Shown here in pieces: positions 49,461-59,076 of a stretch of DNA of 64,000 nt. The position numbers and the translations under genes were made by a program. Origin of the DNA: Fuerstiella sp. Lineage in GTDB: Bacteria > Planctomycetota > Planctomycetia > Planctomycetales > Planctomycetaceae. The stretch's first letter is position 1. Each line of letters opens with the position of its first letter. Below the pieces are notes generated by a model that was given only the letters and a program-made list of their open reading frames with translations, did not search any database and had not been told where the DNA came from. The DNA lies in assembly GCA_022843805.1 (NCBI GenBank), contig JALHMY010000003.1:5351-69350 (forward strand), given 5' to 3'.

Positions 49461-49501
49461 GGTCCGGCTGGGTGTTCATCATCGAACGTCCTGGTCGGGC
49501 C
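49461..49501 (+). terminator. Stem-loop between fliC and fliD (possible partial terminator/attenuator)
   Basis: GGTCCGGCTGG (49461-49471) pairs with CCTGGTCGGGCC (49490-49501) over 11 bp if G-U pairs are allowed. It is followed by GTTTGTCGATTT. Confidence 0.35.
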
Positions 49502-49530
49502 GTTTGTCGATTTCCGAAGGCAGGTGAAAT

Positions 49531-51522
49531 ATGGCAGTCACAATCGACGGCCTTGTCAGCGGTATAGACACCGAAACAATTATCAGTGGCCTGCTTGAGA
49601 TCCAGAAGACGCAGGTCGATCGACTCACTCTGCGGCGAACGGAGATCCAGCAGAAACAGACCGTATTTCGCGGTATCGAGGCCCGACTACTGTCCCTGCG
49701 AACCGACCTGGGGACGCTTTCCCGAATTCAGAACAGCACCTTTTCGCAGTTTGCCGTCACGGTAAGTGATGAAACTGCAGTTGCGGCTACGGCCGGATCC
49801 AATGCCGCGGCAGGCGTCTATCAGCTGACAGTCAACTCGAAGGCCCGGGCTCATCAGGTGGCATCGCAGGGGTTTGCGGATAAAAACTCAGAAATTACCA
49901 CCGGTACATTTGCATTCAGGGTTGGCTCAGGAGATGTCACATCAATCTCGATCGATGCCAACAACAATTCCCTCGACGGGCTGGCGTCAGCGATCAATTC
50001 GTCCGGTGCAGGAGTTACGGCCAGCATTGTCAAAGATGCTTCCGGCGGTGCTACCCCCTGGCGTCTGCTGCTCACCTCCTCTAAAACGGGAGCGGCAAAC
50101 GCAATCTCTGTCACAAATAATCTTGCTAACTCAGCAGGAAATGCCATTAAGCCGATTATCGATCTGAACAACCCCGTTCAGGCAGCGACCGACGCAGAAA
50201 TCAGGGTCGGAAGCGGCGTCGGAGCGATTTCGGTTTCCAGCAGCACAAATCAGTTTGAGGATGTCATCTCTGACGTGCGGATTGACCTGCTGAATGTTAA
50301 CGCCGGCGAAGAAGTAACAATCTCAGTTGCGCGGGATACCGAAGGTGCAGTGTCCGCCGTTGAAGACTTTGTAAAATCTTTTAACGCGGTGCTTCAATAC
50401 ATTGACGACCAGTCCAGATTCAACAGCGAAACAAACGAAGCAGGTTTGTTACTGGGGAACCGCGGCGCTATCGGCGTTCAGCAGAAGCTTCGCTCGGCTG
50501 TACTGGGCGTCGTGCCAGGCGTCAATTCCTCAGTCAATCGACTTTCAGCGATTGGGATCTCCGTCAACGATCAGGGACGACTGATACTCAACAAAGCGCG
50601 GCTGGAAAACGTTCTGGCAGGTAATGTGGAAAACGCCAGCGCTGCGGATGTGAAACGACTGTTCACACTGGATGCAACGTCGACAAACTCCGGCGTAAGC
50701 TTTCTTCTCGGCAGCCAGCGAACGGCAACTTCAGAAACTCCCTATCAGGTTGATATTACTCAGGCAGCCGAACAGGCATCGATTACGGCTGGCACCGCAC
50801 TGGCGGCATCCACGGTGATCACTTCGGCGAATCGTGTACTGGAATTAAAGGTCGATGGACAGGCAGCGACGATCACGCTGACCGAAGGAACATACACTCG
50901 TCAGGCACTTGCCGATCACCTCGAGTCGGTCATCAACAGTTCAGACAAGTTCCCCGGACGCAGCGTGAGTGCATCATTATCCGGCAACTCACTGAAACTC
51001 ACCTCGGAATCGTTTGGTGGCAGCTCAGATCTTCTGATCGTCTCCGGAACCGCTCTCGCCGACCTGAAATTCACTGCCGGTCAGTCTGATGTTGGAAGGA
51101 ATGTGGCGGGCCAGTTCATTGTCAACGGAAATGTGGAAGCGGCAACCGGTCGGGGACGTGTGCTGTCGGGCAACGCCGACAATGAGAATACCGCCGATCT
51201 TCAGCTGAGGGTCACGCTGACACCGGCACAGGTCACCGCAGGTGTCGAAGCCGATGTTACCGTCACACGTGGCGTCGCTGCGTCACTGGACAAAATTCTG
51301 GGGGATCTCCTCAAGCCTGACACAGGAATTCTTGCCACATCGGACGATGGTTTCGACGGGCAAATCGACAGTATTCAAAAAACGATTGACCGGCAAAAAG
51401 GAATCTTTGATCGGGCTCAGGCGTCACTGCTGAAACAGTTTGCCACCCTGGAAACAGCGATTAGTCAGCTGAATTCCACAAGCAGCTTCGTCAACTCTCA
51501 GCTCGCCGGCATCACCAAATAG
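49531..51522 (+). CDS. fliD: Flagellar filament cap protein (hook-associated protein 2)
   Basis: N-terminal MAVTIDGLVSGIDTETIISGLLEIQKTQVDRL. C-terminal coiled region ...IDRQKGIFDRAQASLLKQFATLETAISQLNSTSSFV. The gene lies between fliC and fliS. Confidence 0.9.
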   Translation: MAVTIDGLVSGIDTETIISGLLEIQKTQVDRLTLRRTEIQQKQTVFRGIEARLLSLRTDLGTLSRIQNSTFSQFAVTVSDETAVAATAGSNAAAGVYQLTVNSKARAHQVASQGFADKNSEITTGTFAFRVGSGDVTSISIDANNNSLDGLASAINSSGAGVTASIVKDASGGATPWRLLLTSSKTGAANAISVTNNLANSAGNAIKPIIDLNNPVQAATDAEIRVGSGVGAISVSSSTNQFEDVISDVRIDLLNVNAGEEVTISVARDTEGAVSAVEDFVKSFNAVLQYIDDQSRFNSETNEAGLLLGNRGAIGVQQKLRSAVLGVVPGVNSSVNRLSAIGISVNDQGRLILNKARLENVLAGNVENASAADVKRLFTLDATSTNSGVSFLLGSQRTATSETPYQVDITQAAEQASITAGTALAASTVITSANRVLELKVDGQAATITLTEGTYTRQALADHLESVINSSDKFPGRSVSASLSGNSLKLTSESFGGSSDLLIVSGTALADLKFTAGQSDVGRNVAGQFIVNGNVEAATGRGRVLSGNADNENTADLQLRVTLTPAQVTAGVEADVTVTRGVAASLDKILGDLLKPDTGILATSDDGFDGQIDSIQKTIDRQKGIFDRAQASLLKQFATLETAISQLNSTSSFVNSQLAGITK

Positions 51523-51550
51523 AATTCACACCCAGGACTAAGGTAATGTC

Positions 51551-51949
51551 ATGAACGCATACAACAGATACAAATCCAACAATTCGCTTTCGTGGGCACG
51601 AATTGACATGCTGCTGCTGGTTTACGAAAAGGTTGTCAATTCGCTGTCAGAGGGTATTCGACTTCTTGAACAAAACAACCAGAAGGACCTGCTGCTGGTG
51701 CGTCTCGAGACCCAGCGAGTACTCGTTACCATTATCGACGGCCTGAATCTGGAAGTTGGCGAAACACCTTTTCAGATTCTGCGCCTGTGCCAGTTTGTAA
51801 TGGAACAAACCATGACTGATTCGATCGACGGCTGGCGATCATCGCTGAAGATTATGCAGACCCTGCGAGAAGGGTTCGAAGCCATTCAGGAGGAGGCCCG
51901 CGCCGCTGAATACAACGGCCAGATCTCTTCGCTCAACTTCGCTGGCTGA
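51551..51949 (+). CDS. fliS: Flagellar export chaperone FliS
   Basis: 132 aa with a helical-bundle pattern: RIDMLLLVYEKVVNSLSEGIRLLEQ...ILRLCQFVMEQTM...IMQTLREGFEAI. It sits directly downstream of fliD. Confidence 0.8.
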   Translation: MNAYNRYKSNNSLSWARIDMLLLVYEKVVNSLSEGIRLLEQNNQKDLLLVRLETQRVLVTIIDGLNLEVGETPFQILRLCQFVMEQTMTDSIDGWRSSLKIMQTLREGFEAIQEEARAAEYNGQISSLNFAG

Positions 51950-52190
51950 AGCAGGTCTGCGTCTCTCCGATGCCGAATCTTCCAATTGACCAGATCGCCG
52001 GAGATAACTTAAGACAGCCGCGAGTGACGCTGCAATATACCAAAGAATAAACAGCGAGCCGTGTTGATTCCGGCGAAGAAATCCAGAATCGATGGCGGGC
52101 TGTGAGCACGAATTTCGCTTTTGTAAACGGGGAGAACATGTTTCGCGATTTCGAAGCGATCCCCCACGAAATTTACAGGAGCTCGAAATT

Positions 52191-52652
52191 ATGTTGCAAA
52201 CAAAAAGGCTGTTGCTGTCCATTAGCGTTGCGGTCGCCATGGTGTCCCTGCTGGTTCTGAATTCGGCGGATGCAGCCCGCCCTTTCGAAGATCATGCTGT
52301 CAGTTGTGTGATCGACGTTGAAGTCGAATCAAAAAATCAGACCGGGACGGTTATTGGTACAGAAGTGTACCATCAGGAGTTTCTTCTTCAGGAGGGGGAA
52401 GTATTTTCCGAAGACTTCTCAACAAGGACACGATTCAAGTTCTTCGACGCGACCTTCAGCAAACTCAATGGTGATAGAACCATTTCGATCAACTGGTTTG
52501 CCGACGTTACCGTCTTCAATTCCGTGGACTGCAGCACGTCGGTGGTTTTGTCCGACGGCGACAAAAGCGGTAAAGCGGTTGGCGAAAATACGGTCTATAC
52601 GTCTGCCGGAAGCACCCGAACCAAATTCACCCTGACTTGCACTGAAGACTGA
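52191..52652 (+). CDS. Small secreted hypothetical protein (153 aa)
   Basis: AGGAG RBS 9 nt upstream of ATG 52191. Signal peptide MLQTKRLLLSISVAVAMVSLLVLNSADA. Beta-rich mature part with three Cys. The track start at 52092 adds an Arg-rich extension. Confidence 0.65.
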   Translation: MLQTKRLLLSISVAVAMVSLLVLNSADAARPFEDHAVSCVIDVEVESKNQTGTVIGTEVYHQEFLLQEGEVFSEDFSTRTRFKFFDATFSKLNGDRTISINWFADVTVFNSVDCSTSVVLSDGDKSGKAVGENTVYTSAGSTRTKFTLTCTED

Positions 52653-52662
52653 TACATCAAAG

Positions 52663-53088
52663 TCAACAAAACGCAGTTCTCAGAATTAAAGATTGGCAGA
52701 ATGCGAGCTCGTCGGTGGAAAGTGACCGAATGGCTCGCGCCGCTTTAATACGATCGAAAGCGCTGCCTGTAGCGGCTTTCGACTTCTCTGTAAACGTCAT
52801 TCCTCGCCAGAATTGAACTTCTGAGTACTCCCGTGAGTACTCCCGCTGCAAATTCTCACTGGCTGCAACTGCCGGCGGGTCACAGAATTCCATCTCTCTC
52901 AGGATCGCTGAATTTTCAGGGCAAAAATTCCGATTCCTGCAAATTTCCCCACCAGTTCTGCTCCTGATAAAGAGCATACCACCCTCACAGATGCTGATTT
53001 TCAGCCACGACGGGCGTAGAACTGAGTGCGACGGAAACATTTCTTCTATACACTGTTCAGCTTCGGGAAATAGACAATGAATTTCCAC
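52663..53088 (-). CDS. Hypothetical Cys-containing protein (141 aa)
   Basis: This is the only ORF filling the 52653-53170 gap. I recognise no motif. Confidence 0.35.
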   Translation of the reverse strand: MEIHCLFPEAEQCIEEMFPSHSVLRPSWLKISICEGGMLFIRSRTGGEICRNRNFCPENSAILREMEFCDPPAVAASENLQREYSREYSEVQFWRGMTFTEKSKAATGSAFDRIKAARAIRSLSTDELAFCQSLILRTAFC

Positions 53089-53170
53089 TTAAACAAAACA
53101 GAGAGTACTTTCGGCGTTTTCCAGACAGATGGGAAAGCGAATCTGAAAGCCAGAGATTACAGAGCTGACG

Positions 53171-54382
53171 ATGGACAGACCAGGAAACACATCACCCATT
53201 CCAGGGAAACCAGTTGAAAACCTGGAGGTGAAAGATGCTCAGGTGATTTTCACCAATGTTTGGAATGAACTCGAAGCCGAATTTGGTCATGAGAATCTCA
53301 GATTCTCCAAAGAGCTGATCCTGCTTGGTGGTGCACCTGGATCGGGCAAGGGAACCAATACAGAATTTATCATGAAGGCCCGGGATCTGACCTGTGCCCC
53401 AATTGTTGTGAGCTCTCTGCTGAATACTCCCCAGGCCTGTCGCATCAAACAGGCGGGTGGAATGGTGGGTGACCGTGAAGTTGTGGAACTGGTGTTTCGA
53501 AAACTTCTGGAAAAGGAATATCGGGATGGCTGTGTTCTCGACGGATTCCCTCGCACTCAGGTTCAGGTGGAATGCCTCAATCTTCTTGTACTCAAAATGA
53601 ACCAGTTGAGTCGAGAGTACCGCGAAACCCCGCTGGCGATCAACTTTCGAAAGCCCACGATTCACGTGATGGTTTTGTTCGTTGATGAGAAAACCAGTAT
53701 TGAACGTCAGCTAAAGCGGGGACGCGAAATCGCAGAATGGAACGCAAGGGCACTGGCTGAGGGAACAGAACTTCAGGAAGTTCGAGCAACCGATCTTGAC
53801 CCCGAAGCCGCGAGGCGTCGTTACCGCGTTTTCAAAGAGGAGACGTGGGAGGCACTGCAGTCGCTCAAGGAAATTTACCACTATCATTTTGTCAACGCTC
53901 AGGGATCTGTCGAAAGCGTTGAGAAAAACATTCGGGACGAACTGGATTACCAGTCATCGCTCGAACTTGATCCGGAAACTCATGATGCTGTTCGCCATTT
54001 GCCTCTGGCAAGCGATCTCATCATGCACGCCCGACAGGAACTTGTGCGACGAATGGACAGCTACCAGATTGAACATCGCAGCCTGTTCCATAAGGTCATT
54101 CGTCTGATTGAAGATCGATTCATTCCTATCGTGATTCGGCACGCAATCCCGGGTCTGGCAATCGTCAATTCGGAAGACCAGCTGTTTGACGATCCGCTGG
54201 CGCTGGCAATGGTCATCGATATCTTCGCCGAACGCGGATATCGAGCTGTGGCAAACGTTAATCGCGCAGAGATTCCACAGAGTGTGGATCTGGAAACCGG
54301 ACGAATCACCTGTTCGACAAAAAGGATCTACCGCTTTCAGATCCGCTTTGCCGGCTCTGAAATCCGCCGAGGTGGCGGTTAG
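53171..54382 (+). CDS. Adenylate-kinase-family NMP kinase with N- and C-terminal extensions (403 aa)
   Basis: P-loop LILLGGAPGSGKGTNTEFI, NMP-binding/LID motif VLDGFPRTQVQVE, and RRRYRVFKEET. About 130 extra C-terminal residues have no motif I recognise. Confidence 0.75.
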   Translation: MDRPGNTSPIPGKPVENLEVKDAQVIFTNVWNELEAEFGHENLRFSKELILLGGAPGSGKGTNTEFIMKARDLTCAPIVVSSLLNTPQACRIKQAGGMVGDREVVELVFRKLLEKEYRDGCVLDGFPRTQVQVECLNLLVLKMNQLSREYRETPLAINFRKPTIHVMVLFVDEKTSIERQLKRGREIAEWNARALAEGTELQEVRATDLDPEAARRRYRVFKEETWEALQSLKEIYHYHFVNAQGSVESVEKNIRDELDYQSSLELDPETHDAVRHLPLASDLIMHARQELVRRMDSYQIEHRSLFHKVIRLIEDRFIPIVIRHAIPGLAIVNSEDQLFDDPLALAMVIDIFAERGYRAVANVNRAEIPQSVDLETGRITCSTKRIYRFQIRFAGSEIRRGGG

Positions 54383-54415
54383 GCGGCAGCATTGAAGCAG
54401 GTCAATGGCTGGAAA

Positions 54416-54919
54416 CTACCGTGCAAACTCCGGGCCTGTTACTTTGGATTCCTGCTGATCTCGAAAGGCAAGGAATAAAATCAGGCCGCCACAGAAGCAA
54501 AATCCGAGACTGAACATCAACCGGAACTGCGGCGTTGATTTTGGCATTCTGCCGACAGACGTGTAGTGGCCATATGGAACTGACGCATTGACTGCAGGAT
54601 TGTGCGAATGATACCGTACGGTAACCTCCTGTCCTTCCTCCAAAATGCGAAACTGAGACTCGTTGATGATGGTCGAGTTGGAATACTCTTTGCCGTCTTC
54701 TGCTGTGAACTTGTAATCAAAGTTGAATTGACTGTTCATCCTGATATCAGTCAGGCGATGTTTGATTGTCGTTCCATGAACTCGAGTAATGATTCCCTTC
54801 GTTGTTACATCCCGTTTTTCAACGTCTGGCTTACCAAAGCTGGCAGCGGCATTGCAGACGCCAAAAACTCCCAGCCCCACAAACACGATCCCAATCACCG
54901 TAAAACCGTTGATCCTCAT
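54416..54919 (-). CDS. DUF3592-like membrane protein
   Basis: GGGAG RBS 8 nt upstream of ATG 54919. N-terminal TM GFTVIGIVFVGLGVFGV, a beta-rich middle with GQEVTVRYHSHNPAVN, and a C-terminal TM FSLGFCFCGGLILFLAF. Confidence 0.7.
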   Translation of the reverse strand: MRINGFTVIGIVFVGLGVFGVCNAAASFGKPDVEKRDVTTKGIITRVHGTTIKHRLTDIRMNSQFNFDYKFTAEDGKEYSNSTIINESQFRILEEGQEVTVRYHSHNPAVNASVPYGHYTSVGRMPKSTPQFRLMFSLGFCFCGGLILFLAFRDQQESKVTGPEFAR

Positions 54920-55069
54920 AATGTCAACTCCCGCGTGAGCCAGACGGCAGACAGACGATCCGAAGAGCACTCTTTGTTTCAGATCGTAATGGCCAAAGCC
55001 TAGTACGAATTTAGCGCCGAAGGAAAAATGCACGTCCGAACTGCTGCAACACAGGCAGCGGGGGAAGAA

Positions 55070-55139
55070 CCGGATTTGAAAAAGCGGATAAATCCGGCTT
55101 GAACGATTGCGCGGGTGCGCCCCTCGGGAACACCCGCGC
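55070..55139 (-). terminator. Two perfect stem-loops downstream of the PQQ-propeller gene
   Basis: GCGCGGGTG (55109-55117) pairs with CACCCGCGC (55131-55139). CCGGATTT (55070-55077) pairs with AAATCCGG (55090-55097). On the minus strand the second stem-loop is followed by TTCTT. There is no strong U-tract. Confidence 0.35.
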
Positions 55140-55291
55140 TGCCACTGCGTTCAGTTGCGAACGAACGAGTTTTGTTTTCCTCAGGTCCTTTTTGCCTTTC
55201 GGAACGGTCTTTGTACACTTTCCGCAACAGACCATTCAAATCGGCTCACCGGGCGGTGATATTCATTGAGCCTGCGTCGCAAGCTTTTCTG

Positions 55292-56623
55292 TTAGTCAGC
55301 CATTTCCCGTACACAATATACGTGACTGCCAACCCGGATCAGCAAACTTCCGCTGACTGCGGCGATTCCGTATTGTGTTGGCCCCGAGAACATCGCTGAA
55401 GCCTGACGGCGTTCCGGGCTGGTTTCGTCCGCCTTCGGAGCTCCATTGTCCGTCGGTGGCATGTCCGCGGCCCAGAGCTCACTGGATGCAAGCTCTCTGA
55501 ATTCCGGCCCGGCGGCAAGGACCGTGGTCATCCCATCCTTGCCAAAGAAGTAAATGCGATCACCAACCGGAAGTGGAGTTGCCCAGCAGGACTGTTTCGT
55601 TCGCTGAGCATACTTCTGCTCACCGGTTGCTGCGTCAATACAATAAACAATTCCCACTCGATTTACCCAATATGCAAAACCATTGTGGACAAACGGGGAA
55701 GCCCACGACGGTGTTGCCTCAGCACTCATCCAAACCTTGTCGACTTTCCAGCCGTCACCGTCGCGAGTGACCTTCATCAGTGCGTTCGATTTCTTTGCCC
55801 CTTCCGAGTTTTCGCCGGATCGACCCGGAGACGCTGCAACGAAAAACTCGTTCGGCCCGGCTGGCAGTGGCGTTGTTCCAGTGTTGCCGCCAACGTCCGT
55901 ATATGTCCACAGCAGTTTTCCGTTCGTCGGGTCATAGCCATCGACGCTTCCTGCTGAACTCACAACGACCTGCGATTGCCCATCCACAGGAATCAGCGCC
56001 GGACTGCTCCAGCTCGTTCGACTGCTGCGGTCAGTTTTCCAGAGGATACTGCCATCGGTTTTTCCAAAAGCGATCAGGTACGATGGTCCCTCGTCATCAA
56101 CCAGCACAATGACAGAATCGTCAGTCTGCACGGGCGAACTGCTTAACCCAAACTTATTGACAAACTTGCCGAATTCCTTCGACAGGGATCGGGACCACAC
56201 CTCTTTCCCGTCATGCGTCAATGCCACAAGATCGCCACATTCAAAGAATGCGAATACATGCCTGCCATCCACAACAGGCGTCGGCGCTGCTCGACTAATG
56301 TAAACACTGTTTGGATCCGGCGAGGAAGACGTATGCTTAAGGTTCCACAGAATAGAACCGTCTTTCAATGACAGGCACAGTACGTGACAGGTTTCCTTGT
56401 TATCACCTTCCACTGTGGTAACAAAAACTTTGTCTCCCCAAATCACAGGGCTTGACTGGCCGTGCCCGGGAAGAGATGCATCCCAGGCAATGTTCTTTGT
56501 TGGCGCCCAGCTGAGCGGAATGGAAGCCGGATCAATCTCTGAAGCCCCTGCTCCCAGAAAACCAGGCCACACTGTCGGTTCGGCAAAAAAACTGACGGTA
56601 ATCAGTAATAGGGAAGAAAGCAT
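55292..56623 (-). CDS. PQQ-like beta-propeller repeat protein (paralogue 1)
   Basis: Signal MLSSLLLITVSFFA, then WPGFLGAG...LPGHGQSSPVIWGDKVFV and repeated blade motifs (DGSILW, DGKEVW, DGSILW, NGKLLW, TGEQKY). Start moved to ATG 56623. Confidence 0.85.
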   Translation of the reverse strand: MLSSLLLITVSFFAEPTVWPGFLGAGASEIDPASIPLSWAPTKNIAWDASLPGHGQSSPVIWGDKVFVTTVEGDNKETCHVLCLSLKDGSILWNLKHTSSSPDPNSVYISRAAPTPVVDGRHVFAFFECGDLVALTHDGKEVWSRSLSKEFGKFVNKFGLSSSPVQTDDSVIVLVDDEGPSYLIAFGKTDGSILWKTDRSSRTSWSSPALIPVDGQSQVVVSSAGSVDGYDPTNGKLLWTYTDVGGNTGTTPLPAGPNEFFVAASPGRSGENSEGAKKSNALMKVTRDGDGWKVDKVWMSAEATPSWASPFVHNGFAYWVNRVGIVYCIDAATGEQKYAQRTKQSCWATPLPVGDRIYFFGKDGMTTVLAAGPEFRELASSELWAADMPPTDNGAPKADETSPERRQASAMFSGPTQYGIAAVSGSLLIRVGSHVYCVREMAD

Positions 56624-56776
56624 GATCTCAGGGACTCCGTCTGCTTGTTGAATAAAAAATCGTTGAATGAAAAAGAATGGCCTGTCGTGCTTCAGTGCCC
56701 GGGGCATTCGCGACACCTGTGTGCGAGGCACAGAGATGTGGATTGTATCCAATTCTCAACCAGACCTTTCAGTGCA

Positions 56777-57559
56777 CTAGGGCAGCGAATCCGCAACATT
56801 GAAGGTAATTGTCGCCGAATAGGCAGTCCTGTCGAACTTTTCCCCTTTTTCTTCCGGAGCCATATGATGCACGACGGCCAGTAAGCAGTTGGCTTCTTCC
56901 GGCGTGAATTCTGCCTGACCCTGACTGTCAGTCTTGCGCTCAAATTTCTCGTCAAACCCTTTTGCCAGTATTTGTCCGCGAGGGACAAACGTGACGCGTG
57001 CATCCTTCAGCGGCTGACCCTTAAAGAGTACCTGAATTCTGATGGGCTGGCCAGCAGCCAGTAGTGCGGGATGAGTCAGAGGCACAATCTCAATCGCACC
57101 ACCCAATGGCTTCTCAAATCCATTCGACGCTTCCGGAGATTTACCATTGCCAACAACAAAATAGCTCTTGCTGCTCTTAATGGCGCGAATCGTTCCGTGC
57201 AGGGTGTCCAGTGTGTGCCATGCGACATGTAATCCCTGCCGTTTCGGAACAAACCTGGCGGACCAGTAGCCTTCCTTTGGGGCAAATCCAGTGTCAACGA
57301 CTTTGGTTTTCAAATCGTGCAGCGTACCTTCCGAGTCAATGACCGCCAGCGTGCACGGTTCCAGCGTAATCTTGCTGGCAAGTTTAAAGTCGCGATGGTC
57401 GTTTCCGTGATTTCCCAGTTTCAGGTCCACATAAACAACCTGACCAGTTCTGACTTCTGCCGAACTGACTTCAACCCAGGTATCGTGAGCGATCGCAGTG
57501 CCGCTCACCACCGTGCAAACGATTGCTGACAATGCCAGATAGCGAAGTGCAAATCTCAT
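56777..57559 (-). CDS. DUF4198 periplasmic protein (NikM/CbiK-like metal-uptake accessory family)
   Basis: GGGGGAG RBS. Signal peptide ending AIAHDTWVEV, then LKLGNHGNDH, IEIVPL, GQPIRIQVLFKGQPLKDARV and TDSQGQAEF. Confidence 0.8.
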   Translation of the reverse strand: MRFALRYLALSAIVCTVVSGTAIAHDTWVEVSSAEVRTGQVVYVDLKLGNHGNDHRDFKLASKITLEPCTLAVIDSEGTLHDLKTKVVDTGFAPKEGYWSARFVPKRQGLHVAWHTLDTLHGTIRAIKSSKSYFVVGNGKSPEASNGFEKPLGGAIEIVPLTHPALLAAGQPIRIQVLFKGQPLKDARVTFVPRGQILAKGFDEKFERKTDSQGQAEFTPEEANCLLAVVHHMAPEEKGEKFDRTAYSATITFNVADSLP

Positions 57560-57640
57560 TTTTTCTCCCCCTGTCGAGTGAATCGTAACGTCTTTATTTT
57601 CAACAAAATATGAATTGCTGCCCCAGACTGACCTTCACGG

Positions 57641-58927
57641 TTACAGAAAACCAGGCTTCGTCTGCTGCAGAATTTCAATGATCGCCTGCCGATCTTCCTG
57701 AGACAGATGTTCGAATCCCTTTAAGGACTCAGATGAAGTCAGTATCTCCCGCATTCGTGATCCAACCGCCGCCTTCAATTCCAACGGAAGCGCTTCGAAT
57801 GCCGGAGTCTGGATCAGGTAGCTGCAGGGGTAGCAGAACATTCGGGTTCGCAAATCGAAGTCCCGGAGTGATCGGCCACTGCTGTCTTTCGGACCTCTTG
57901 AAGTGAATTCACGTCCGAATTCTGACGTCCCGAGAATCGGCGCCGTCAGCCGAGCTTCTTCCGAAAACAGCAGCGACTTTGCAATCAGGTCGCTGGATTT
58001 TTTCAGACGAGTTGTCAGCAGTTCCCGGCCGACTGCTGCCGCGTCAGCATCCTCACTGATTGCTTTTTCCTGCAAAAAGAGGGCGTGACGGATTTCAAAC
58101 GACGCCTGAGTCAGCACATTGTACATGTCGGTCTGATGTTCGAGCACCATCAGGGCGACGATATCACTGTGTGGCGTGAGATATGGGGATGTGTCAAATC
58201 GCTCCTTCAAATCTGTAACGTTCTGCCCCCCGGTGTTGTCAACCACCTTCGGTTTTTTTGAAGTCGCCAGCGAAAAATTGCCAAGATGCTGCTGATCGCC
58301 ATGAGTTCCCGTGACGTACCAGCCGCCCCACCGCTGATGCAGTGGACTTCGATGAGTCGACACGAAACTGCCCGCCGATACAACCGGATGTCCTTCGGAG
58401 TCCGGATAGACGGATCGAACGAGCAGTCCCGGTACATTTCTGGTCCTGGCGGCTCCATGACAGGTCAGGCACGAATTCGTCTGACGCCGGAACAGGGGAG
58501 GTTCCTCATTCGTCTGTTTTAGTGTGTAGAAGACCATTCCCAGTCCGGGATCCCTTACCGCAATCTCGATCAGGCCATTCTGCACAAAGCCCAGATGCAC
58601 TTCATCATTAAAATACAAGGCTCGCGGGGTCGTCGGCGAGATCAGGTCATTCTGAAGACTGGTGCGACTGAATGACATCACCTGTGACACCGGAGAAATC
58701 TCAAGTGCGTCGAGCAGCGATCTCAGGTAACCCCGACCTTCCTCAAACGTGAGCGATTTCTCTCCGGAGTCAAGCTGAGTCTGCAACTGCGAGACTCGAT
58801 TGTCAGGCGCCGAAACACTGTAGCTGATCGGTGCCTCTTCATAGTTGGCCCGCTGCGAAAATGCAGAAGATGCGGACAGGGCCAGAAGGGCAAACACAGA
58901 GGTTATGGTTAAAAATCTTCGGTACAT
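57641..58927 (-). CDS. Secreted conserved hypothetical protein with a single CxxCH heme-c motif
   Basis: Signal MYRRFLTITSVFALLALSASSAFS. RRQTNSCLTCHGAARTRNVPGLLVRSV, then RWGGWYVTGTHG and C-terminal FCYPCSYLIQTPAFEALP. Start moved from 59095 to ATG 58927, which removes the overlap with the upstream gene. Confidence 0.75.
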   Translation of the reverse strand: MYRRFLTITSVFALLALSASSAFSQRANYEEAPISYSVSAPDNRVSQLQTQLDSGEKSLTFEEGRGYLRSLLDALEISPVSQVMSFSRTSLQNDLISPTTPRALYFNDEVHLGFVQNGLIEIAVRDPGLGMVFYTLKQTNEEPPLFRRQTNSCLTCHGAARTRNVPGLLVRSVYPDSEGHPVVSAGSFVSTHRSPLHQRWGGWYVTGTHGDQQHLGNFSLATSKKPKVVDNTGGQNVTDLKERFDTSPYLTPHSDIVALMVLEHQTDMYNVLTQASFEIRHALFLQEKAISEDADAAAVGRELLTTRLKKSSDLIAKSLLFSEEARLTAPILGTSEFGREFTSRGPKDSSGRSLRDFDLRTRMFCYPCSYLIQTPAFEALPLELKAAVGSRMREILTSSESLKGFEHLSQEDRQAIIEILQQTKPGFL

Positions 58928-59076
58928 AATGGATCCGCCAAATTGAGGCGATGTCAGGTATAGAAGCCATCCAGAGGGCGAGCCACCAGCGAATGCATTC
59001 CAGGTTGTCACGGCAACTGAATCAACTGAATGATGTACGCTTTCACGTGGCAACTCGCCTCCGGAAACGTATTCAA

